9,632 bases of DNA from a bacterium (GTDB lineage: Bacteria; UBP7; UBA6624; JBBIMK01). A program made the position numbers and the translations under genes. Below, piece after piece: positions 1 through 5,350 of the stretch. Below the pieces are notes generated by a model. That model was not told where the DNA came from. It did not search any database and worked only from the letters and a program-made list of their open reading frames with translations. The number at the start of each line of letters is the position of its first letter. Positions within the stretch are counted from its first letter, which is position 1. The stretch spans positions 26,176 to 35,807 of the forward strand of contig JBBIMK010000012.1 in NCBI GenBank assembly GCA_037444445.1, read 5' to 3'.

Positions 1-28
1 GACACGATTTGGTGCCTGACCCCAAAAG

Positions 29-56
29 GTGACAGTATTTCGTTATATAATATAGG
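29..56 (+). promoter_or_regulatory. AT-rich promoter-like region upstream of the first CDS
   Basis: A perfect TATAAT hexamer lies at 46-51 and a GTGACA (-35-like) at 29-34, but they are only 11 nt apart. The alternative -10 hexamers (TAATAT 48-53, TATAGG 51-56) are weaker. The region is the only AT-rich stretch before the SD GGAGAGGTGA (71-80). Confidence 0.25.
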
Positions 57-86
57 TAGCAGGGATGAATGGAGAGGTGAGAAGAG

Positions 87-1763
87 ATGGCAGAGTTTCG
101 GCAGGTTCGTCTGGACCCGAATAAGCCGGATTTCGGGGCGAAGGATTTGCCCGAGCCCAACCTTCAGTCGGTGGAGGACATTCGGGAGATTTATCTCTCC
201 TGGGCGGAACGCTCAGGTGTGATGGAAATTATTCAGGGAAGGGAGTTTCGCGTCATTGCCTCGGATATGGATAAACTCCTGAAGGAGCCCATTTCACACG
301 GGATTTATGCGGGCAAGCCCCGATTTATCTCCGAGCGTTTAGCCCGAATACTGGGCGTGCCTGCGTGTCCTTATCCTGAAGAGATGCTTTCCTGGATGAG
401 TGGAAGTTTTATGCAAAGGCAGTTAGAAATTGCCTATGTGCAGGGCTCTACCGAGTTTGCGTCCAGTCAGCAGCAGAATCTTTTGCACACCCTGGGGTAT
501 ATGCCGGAGATTTTCCGGAAATGGGCACACGAGGTGATTGTGGAAGAGGGGGAGCACGGGATTCAGATGGCTTACTGGCTGTTGATGGAGGACGGTTCCA
601 AATTGTCCCGCCTGCTGGCGGAAGACCTGTTTGCTCGGGTGAGCAATGATGAGAACCCGGACCTGCAACAGCCTTTGCGGGAGTTTAATCCTCCCGTCCT
701 CACGCTTCCTGAATTTGCCCACTATTTTTGCAAGCAGGATTTGGACGGGTGGAGTCAGTTGACACAGACGAAAAATAATTGCAGTGCTCTGTATGCGGGG
801 CAGATGCGATTTTTCCTCCACCAGGAGGGGAGGCATCTTTCCAGCGGGGATAACATCATCCAGGCGTATGTGAAGGCGGGGCGAATTCCAATGCGTCTGC
901 ATCTGAAGATGGAATGGAAGTGGGAAGCCATCGGCTACCGACTCCACGGTAATCCCGTGAATTCAGGGGGTGCCCAGATGTCTTATCAGTTAGGGATCAA
1001 AGCGCCTCTCCGCCCCCTGACGGAGGGTGGCTCTTACACCCTTCCCTATCCCGGTGAACCTGGCGGGTTCAAAACCTTTGAAGTCCGACCGGATTTTGAT
1101 ATGCGGAACCTGAATGGCTTCAACCTGAATGTCTACCGGAATGTGCTGAAGAAAAAGAATGAAATCATTAGCCGAATGCTCACACCACAGCAGAGAAAGG
1201 AGGCGATTGAGTTTGTGAAGGAGGTCACCCGGTATGTTCCTGAGCCGGTTCGGAAGGAGATGATTGGAGAAGCGAAAGCCACCGGGGGGTTTGTGATTCC
1301 CACGGCTGTTATTTCCTGGCGCCCACCCCATCTGGCAGAAGCGATTGAAAATGACCCCTGGCCGTTCATGCGAGGCTATATGACAGACCTTTTCGGCTAT
1401 CCCATTCCCAGCGAGAAAGAATACCGGGAATATCGCCAACTGGTGGACCTGAACGAGGAGGACCAGGAGGAGATTCGGGAACTCACAAGAACCAGAGGAT
1501 GGATGGAGGAAGTGCCCGTGGGTTCCAAACGGGATGTTTACAAGGATGGACCCATTCCACCGGGGAGAGATGGAACCCTGCTATTTCATTTCAAGGCAAA
1601 GGAGAAGAGCCCGAGATTTGAGAAAATCTTCACCTTCCCCCAGAGAATCAAAGAATTTCAGAAGGAAAAGGAACAGAGGGAGAAGATTTCCCCATCTTCT
1701 TCCCGCCCTCTGGAAATCCGAGGGCCGGAGGACTTCCAAACCCTTCTGGACATAAGGGAGTAA
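87..1763 (+). CDS. Ferritin-fold di-iron carboxylate protein, BoxB/PaaA-like (benzoyl-CoA epoxidase subunit B-like oxygenase), with a charged C-terminal tail
   Basis: A 558-codon ORF starts at ATG 87, 6 nt after GGAGAGGTGA. It has two ExxH motifs: VEEGEH (aa 152-157, nt 540-557) and HQEGRH (aa 245-250, nt 819-836). Each is preceded about 30 aa upstream by a carboxylate (E123 in GSTEFASSQQQ; D218/D220 in KQDLDGWSQL). This gives the E...ExxH...D/E...ExxH pattern of di-iron oxygenases. The segments TEFASSQQQ, VIVEEGEHGIQMAYWLL, DLDGWSQL and RFFLHQEGRHL resemble, from memory, the ligand-bearing helices of BoxB. The last ~90 aa are Lys/Glu/Arg-rich. Confidence 0.6.
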   Translation: MAEFRQVRLDPNKPDFGAKDLPEPNLQSVEDIREIYLSWAERSGVMEIIQGREFRVIASDMDKLLKEPISHGIYAGKPRFISERLARILGVPACPYPEEMLSWMSGSFMQRQLEIAYVQGSTEFASSQQQNLLHTLGYMPEIFRKWAHEVIVEEGEHGIQMAYWLLMEDGSKLSRLLAEDLFARVSNDENPDLQQPLREFNPPVLTLPEFAHYFCKQDLDGWSQLTQTKNNCSALYAGQMRFFLHQEGRHLSSGDNIIQAYVKAGRIPMRLHLKMEWKWEAIGYRLHGNPVNSGGAQMSYQLGIKAPLRPLTEGGSYTLPYPGEPGGFKTFEVRPDFDMRNLNGFNLNVYRNVLKKKNEIISRMLTPQQRKEAIEFVKEVTRYVPEPVRKEMIGEAKATGGFVIPTAVISWRPPHLAEAIENDPWPFMRGYMTDLFGYPIPSEKEYREYRQLVDLNEEDQEEIRELTRTRGWMEEVPVGSKRDVYKDGPIPPGRDGTLLFHFKAKEKSPRFEKIFTFPQRIKEFQKEKEQREKISPSSSRPLEIRGPEDFQTLLDIRE

Positions 1764-1806
1764 AGGGTTCATCCGGCAAGGGGTAAGGGCTTACAGGATT
1801 AAAGGA

Positions 1807-1850
1807 GCAACCACCGTTGCAGTTTGTGTTTTGTCTCCCTTTTTTTCACT
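1807..1850 (+). terminator. Weak candidate intrinsic terminator after the di-iron protein gene
   Basis: A GCAAC-CACC-GTTGC hairpin (1807-1820, 5-bp stem) is followed by a T-rich tract (agtttgtgttttgtctcccttttttt). The stem is short, so this is weak. Confidence 0.2.
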
Positions 1851-1881
1851 TCTATGAGATGTGATAAGATAGGAGGGAAGG

Positions 1882-2928
1882 ATGAAGAGGGAAGCGGAAG
1901 AGGGGCGGGTGGTTCGGGTGCGGGCGCCGACACGGATTGATTTCGCCGGCGGCACCCTGGACATCCCACCGCTTTTTCTTTTTCACTATCCCGCTTACAC
2001 TGTGAATGTAGCCGTTAAGTTGTATGCCACGGTGACACTTCGCTCCCTTCCGGGGAGAAAAGTTCGCCTGCTTTTTGAGAGGGAGGGGAGACGCCTTTGC
2101 GTTACCTATGATTCGCCGGAAGAGATTCTGGTGCGCAGGCGAGGCTCTTTCGCACTGCCCGTCAGGATAGTTCGCTCTATGGGAATAGAGGGGGGGGTGG
2201 AAATCCAGATGGACTGCGAGGCGCCGGCGGGGGCTGGACTCGGCGGTTCCTCCGCCCTTGCCATTGCCCTCACCCGGGCCCTCCTGAAATGGAAGGGCGA
2301 ATCCTGGCCCATTCACCGTCTGATTGAGCATGTGAAAAGTGTGGAGACGCAGTGCATCAGGGTGCCCACAGGCTATCAGGATTATTACGCCGCAGTTTAT
2401 GGCGGGGCAAACCTCCTTACCTACACTTATAGTGGAGTGAGGTGGCAGCCCGCTTGCTCCTCCTCCTTTCTCTCCACCCTTGAAAAGCACCTTCTTCTGG
2501 TGTATTCACGCAAGTCCCGATTTTCCGGCGCCAATAACTGGGAACTATTCAAGAGGCGAATAGACCATGACCCGAAAATCATCGTCTTCTTTGATGCCCT
2601 GCGGGAGAATGCAGAGCGGATGCGAGAAGCCTTCGCCTCTGAAAATATACGCCAGATTGCTGAAGCAATGAATGCGGACTGGCAGATTCGGAAGCAGATG
2701 ATACCGGGGATGACGACCCCGGGAATAGAGGCTCTGATATCCACAGCCCGGAAGTGGGGGGCGATGGGCGCTCGGGTCTGCGGCGCCGGCGGGGGGGGAT
2801 GCATCGCATTCCTCGCTCCCCCCGAATCTCTGACCCTTGTGACGCTCAGCCTCCCGGACACCCGAGTAAAATTCCTGGATTCAAAGATTGCTCGTCAAGG
2901 GGCTTTCCACATCGTGAATACAGAGTGA
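1882..2928 (+). CDS. GHMP-family sugar or sugar-phosphate kinase (HddA/fucokinase-like)
   Basis: A 348-codon ORF starts at ATG 1882, directly after AGGAGGGAAGG. The N-terminal segment RVRAPTRIDFAGGTLDIPP matches the motif-I region of heptose-7-P kinase and fucokinase-type GHMP enzymes. GHMP motif II is present as EAPAGAGLGGSSALAIALTRAL. A TGYQDYYAAVYGG segment resembles the GxQDQYAAAFGG segment of that subfamily. Motif III is present as GARVCGAGGGGCIAFL. Confidence 0.85.
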   Translation: MKREAEEGRVVRVRAPTRIDFAGGTLDIPPLFLFHYPAYTVNVAVKLYATVTLRSLPGRKVRLLFEREGRRLCVTYDSPEEILVRRRGSFALPVRIVRSMGIEGGVEIQMDCEAPAGAGLGGSSALAIALTRALLKWKGESWPIHRLIEHVKSVETQCIRVPTGYQDYYAAVYGGANLLTYTYSGVRWQPACSSSFLSTLEKHLLLVYSRKSRFSGANNWELFKRRIDHDPKIIVFFDALRENAERMREAFASENIRQIAEAMNADWQIRKQMIPGMTTPGIEALISTARKWGAMGARVCGAGGGGCIAFLAPPESLTLVTLSLPDTRVKFLDSKIARQGAFHIVNTE

Positions 2929-2989
2929 GCAGTATAGACTTTCAGGCAGGCTCAGAGGGTTTTCCCTACCGGTAAGGCAGTTGTTCCTC

Positions 2990-3019
2990 TTGCATTTTTT
3001 ATGTGGAATGGCGTAGAAT
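2990..3019 (+). promoter_or_regulatory. Sigma-70-like promoter for the PG-binding/map/ddl block
   Basis: TTGCAT (2990-2995), an 18-nt spacer, then TAGAAT (3014-3019). The predicted transcription start at about 3025-3027 coincides with the GTG start at 3026. Confidence 0.45.
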
Positions 3020-3025
3020 CATACA

Positions 3026-3451
3026 GTGGTGAGCAGGATAGGGAAAAAAGAGGGAAGGGAGGCAGTTCTACTTCTGTTACTCGTAGCGAGCCTTTTACCG
3101 AAGGGTGTATGTTCCCTGCGGGAACTGCGACCAGCAGGGCAGGAGCCGGTGATTGACCCATCCCGGTTCTCTCTGCCGGCGGAGGAGCAAATCATCGGGC
3201 GGGCGGAGCCTCTCGTGTCCACGCAGGCCGAGGCGCTTAAACGCGGTATGAGGGGTGAAAAGGTCCTCCGCCTCCAGCAGTTCCTGAAAGATGTGAGGCT
3301 GTATTCCGGGCCTCTGTCTGGCATCTTTGACGCAAAAACGGAGAGGGCGGTGAAAGAGTTTCAGCGGATTTTCGGGGTCAAGCCCGATGGCGTCGTGGGG
3401 CCATCCACTGCCCGCGTGATTGCTCTGGTGATGCAAGGAGAAATTTCGTGA
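3026..3451 (+). CDS. Small secreted or membrane-anchored peptidoglycan-binding (PG_binding_1) domain protein
   Basis: A 141-codon ORF has tandem GTG codons at 3026 and 3029. The N-terminal hydrophobic segment AVLLLLLVASLLPKGVCS looks like a signal peptide or anchor. The C-terminal segment LKRGMRGEKVLRLQQFLKDVRLYSGPLSGIFDAKTERAVKEFQRIFGVKPDGVVGPSTARVI is a classic PG_binding_1 (PF01471) repeat pattern. The stop overlaps the map start (GTGA, 3448-3451). There is no SD upstream of 3026, so the start position is uncertain. Confidence 0.75.
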   Translation: MVSRIGKKEGREAVLLLLLVASLLPKGVCSLRELRPAGQEPVIDPSRFSLPAEEQIIGRAEPLVSTQAEALKRGMRGEKVLRLQQFLKDVRLYSGPLSGIFDAKTERAVKEFQRIFGVKPDGVVGPSTARVIALVMQGEIS

Positions 3452-4221
3452 AGACCTTCATCGTGAAGCCACCCTCGGTGATAGAACTCATTCGGGAAGG
3501 AAGCAGTCTCCTGGCGGATATCTTATATTCCCTTCAGCCCTGGATAGTGGAAGGGGGAAATGCGGCTCAACTGGAGGCGGAAGCGGAGGGGTGTATCCGC
3601 TCCGCGGGCGCCATACCCGCCTTCAAAGGCTATCACGGTTACCCTTACACATTATGCGTCTCCGTGAACTCCGAGGTGGTGCACGGCTTCCCCCTGCGGG
3701 AAAAGGTGTTCAAAAAGGGCGACCTTGTGTCGGTGGATGTGGGCTTGATTTATAAAGATGTGTTCACCGACACCGCCTTCACTTTTCCCGTGGGCGCCAT
3801 CCCGATGGAAGTGCAAGCCTTCTTGAAAGTCAGCCGGCAAGCGCTGGACAACGCCATCCAGAAAGCGGTGGTGGGGAACCGGATATCAGACATCTCCCAC
3901 AGCATACAAACGACGACAGAAAAGGCCGGCTACAGCGTGGTCAGGGAACTCTTCGGCCATGGTGTGGGCTTTGCCCTTCACGAAGAGCCCCTCATCCCCA
4001 ACTACGGCTTGCCCGGCAGGGGATTGAGCATCAAACCTGGAATGGTTCTTGCCATTGAAGTGATGGTCAATCAAGGGGGGCCGGAGGTTAAAACGCTTTC
4101 GGATGGCTGGACACTCGTCACGGCGGATGGAAGCCTATCCGCCCATTATGAGCACACCGTTCTGGTAACGGAAAAGGGTCCTGAAATCCTCACCGATTCA
4201 CCGCTGTGGAGTGAAGGATGA
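3448..4221 (+). CDS. map: Methionine aminopeptidase, type I
   Basis: A 257-codon ORF starts at GTG 3448, 7 nt after AAGGAG (3435-3440). All five M24A metal-ligand contexts are present: DLVSVDVGLIYKDVFTDT (two Asp), FGHGVGFALHEEP (His), LAIEVMV (Glu) and AHYEHTVLVT (Glu). The YHGYPYTLCVSVNSEVVHGFP segment is also typical of MetAP. Confidence 0.95.
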   Translation: MKTFIVKPPSVIELIREGSSLLADILYSLQPWIVEGGNAAQLEAEAEGCIRSAGAIPAFKGYHGYPYTLCVSVNSEVVHGFPLREKVFKKGDLVSVDVGLIYKDVFTDTAFTFPVGAIPMEVQAFLKVSRQALDNAIQKAVVGNRISDISHSIQTTTEKAGYSVVRELFGHGVGFALHEEPLIPNYGLPGRGLSIKPGMVLAIEVMVNQGGPEVKTLSDGWTLVTADGSLSAHYEHTVLVTEKGPEILTDSPLWSEG

Positions 4222-4243
4222 AATCAGGAGGAGGCATCCAGTG

Positions 4244-5161
4244 ATGAAGGCACGGAAGGTGGCATTGCTTTATGGGGGATTTTCGGCGGAGCGAGAGGTG
4301 TCCATACGCTCCGGGGAGGCAGTGGAAAAAGCCCTCCACGACCTGGGGTATGAGGTTCTGCCCATAGATGTCACGCGAGAACTCGTGCCCCGCTTGTTAG
4401 ACACCCTCCTGAAGAGTCAAGTGGATGTGGCATTCCTTACTCTCCACGGTCCGTATGGCGAGGATGGAACACTTCAGGGAATGCTGGAAATGGCAGGGAT
4501 TCCCTACACCGGTTCTGGCGTTCTCTCCAGTGCGCTCTGTATGGATAAAACGAAGGCGAAAGAAGTTCTGGTGCATCATCAAATTTCCACGCCCCGCTGG
4601 GTAGTTTTAAGGGAGGGGGATTCTTTCGCCCCTGTATTTGACCTGGGAAAGGATGTGGTGGTGAAGCCGCACAATCAGGGTTCCACCATCGGCGTGGGGA
4701 TTGTTCATAAACTGGAGGATTTGCCCGGGGCCGTAGCGTCAGCCTTTTCTTATTCCTCCGAAGTGCTGGTGGAGGAGTTCATTCCCGGGCGAGATATCAC
4801 CGTGGGCATTCTGGGTGAAGAAGCGCTGGAAGTGGTGGAAATGCGTCCTAAAAGTGGTTTCTACGATTATACCTCCAAGTATACGAAAGGGATGACGGAG
4901 TATCTGTGCCCTGCCCCTCTACCCGGTGGCTTGCGGGATGAAATCCGCACCCTCTCTTTGAAGAGCCACCGGGTCCTCCGCTGTGCTGGAGCCACGAGGG
5001 TAGACCTCCGCCTGTCGGATGAGGGCAAGCCCTATATTCTGGAAGTGAATACCATTCCCGGGATGACAGAGCTCTCGTTGCTACCTATGAGCGCCGTGCC
5101 TTTCGGTTACGATTACGCCGCCCTCGTTCAACGAATGATTGAACTCGTCCCGACCCACTGA
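4244..5161 (+). CDS. ddl: D-alanine--D-alanine ligase
   Basis: The N-terminus KVALLYGGFSAEREVSIRSGEAV matches the GGxSxEhEVS signature. An ATP-grasp body follows, and the C-terminus has YILEVNTIPGMTELSLLPMSA. The ORF track starts at GTG 4211, inside the end of map. The SD AGGAGGAGG (4226-4234) instead points to ATG 4244 (MKARKVALLYGG), or possibly GTG 4241. Confidence 0.93.
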   Translation: MKARKVALLYGGFSAEREVSIRSGEAVEKALHDLGYEVLPIDVTRELVPRLLDTLLKSQVDVAFLTLHGPYGEDGTLQGMLEMAGIPYTGSGVLSSALCMDKTKAKEVLVHHQISTPRWVVLREGDSFAPVFDLGKDVVVKPHNQGSTIGVGIVHKLEDLPGAVASAFSYSSEVLVEEFIPGRDITVGILGEEALEVVEMRPKSGFYDYTSKYTKGMTEYLCPAPLPGGLRDEIRTLSLKSHRVLRCAGATRVDLRLSDEGKPYILEVNTIPGMTELSLLPMSAVPFGYDYAALVQRMIELVPTH

Positions 5162-5180
5162 ATCACAAAGGGGGATATTC

Positions 5181-5209
5181 TTTACATTTTCGCTTCTGTC
5201 ATCTACAAT
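5181..5209 (+). promoter_or_regulatory. Sigma-70-like promoter of the tRNA-Arg gene
   Basis: TTTACA (5181-5186), a 17-nt spacer, then TACAAT (5204-5209). The predicted start is only a few nt upstream of the mature tRNA 5' end at 5219. Confidence 0.55.
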
Positions 5210-5218
5210 AATTCTGGT

Positions 5219-5291
5219 GCGCTCGTAGCTCAATGGATAGAGCGTGGGACTCCGGATCCCAAGGCTGGAGGTTCGAGTCCTCTCGGGCGCA
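5219..5291 (+). tRNA. tRNA-Arg, anticodon CCG
   Basis: A manual cloverleaf fold gives 73 nt. The acceptor stem is GCGCUCG/CGGGCGC (one G-U pair), followed by UA. The D arm is GCUC-AAUGGAUA-GAGC. The anticodon arm is UGGGA-CUCCGGA-UCCCA, with U33, anticodon CCG and G37. The variable loop is AGGCU and the T arm is GGAGG-UUCGAGU-CCUCU. The discriminator is A. CCA is not encoded; the gene is followed by TTTTT. Confidence 0.92.
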
Positions 5292-5313
5292 TTTTTGACT
5301 CCCCGAGGAAATA

Positions 5314-5350
5314 ATGTCAGTGCCTGGGGTTCAGGCTCCAATCGTGACAT
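5314..5350. terminator. Nested hairpin between the convergent tRNA and the minus-strand CDS (possible bidirectional terminator)
   Basis: The outer stem is ATGTCA (5314-5319) / TGACAT (5345-5350). The inner stem is GCCTG (5322-5326) / CAGGC (5332-5336) with loop GGGTT. The hairpin sits between the tRNA 3' T-run and the stop codon (5350-5352) of the minus-strand ORF. There is no strong U-tract on either side. Confidence 0.3.

Noticed and set aside
1534-1772. Alternative-frame ORFs within the 3' end of the di-iron gene (1534-1755 +, 1581-1772 -) might indicate a frameshift or an overlapping gene.
   Set aside because: The purine-rich AAG/GAG/AGA region that encodes the Lys/Glu tail is open in several frames by composition alone. 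I see no slippery heptamer or SD.
1862-1870. An extended -10-like element TGaTAAGAT lies upstream of the GHMP kinase gene.
   Set aside because: Its predicted transcription start would fall inside or after the SD (1871-1881), and there is no credible -35. It may be coincidental AT-rich sequence, so I did not call it as a feature.
423-2861. Long antisense ORFs lie opposite the di-iron protein and GHMP kinase genes (423-947, 990-1439, 1133-1369, 1852-2490, 2427-2861 and others).
   Set aside because: Each lies fully opposite a sense ORF with clear family motifs. Their translations are Arg/Pro/Gly/His-rich low-complexity sequence without recognisable motifs or ribosome-binding sites. This is typical of antisense open frames in moderately GC-rich DNA.
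4211-4243. The GTG 4211 start for ddl given by the ORF track would overlap map by 11 nt.
   Set aside because: The strong SD AGGAGGAGG (4226-4234) lies downstream of 4211 and is correctly spaced for ATG 4244 or GTG 4241. The resulting N-terminus MKARKVALLYGG matches the usual Ddl N-terminus.
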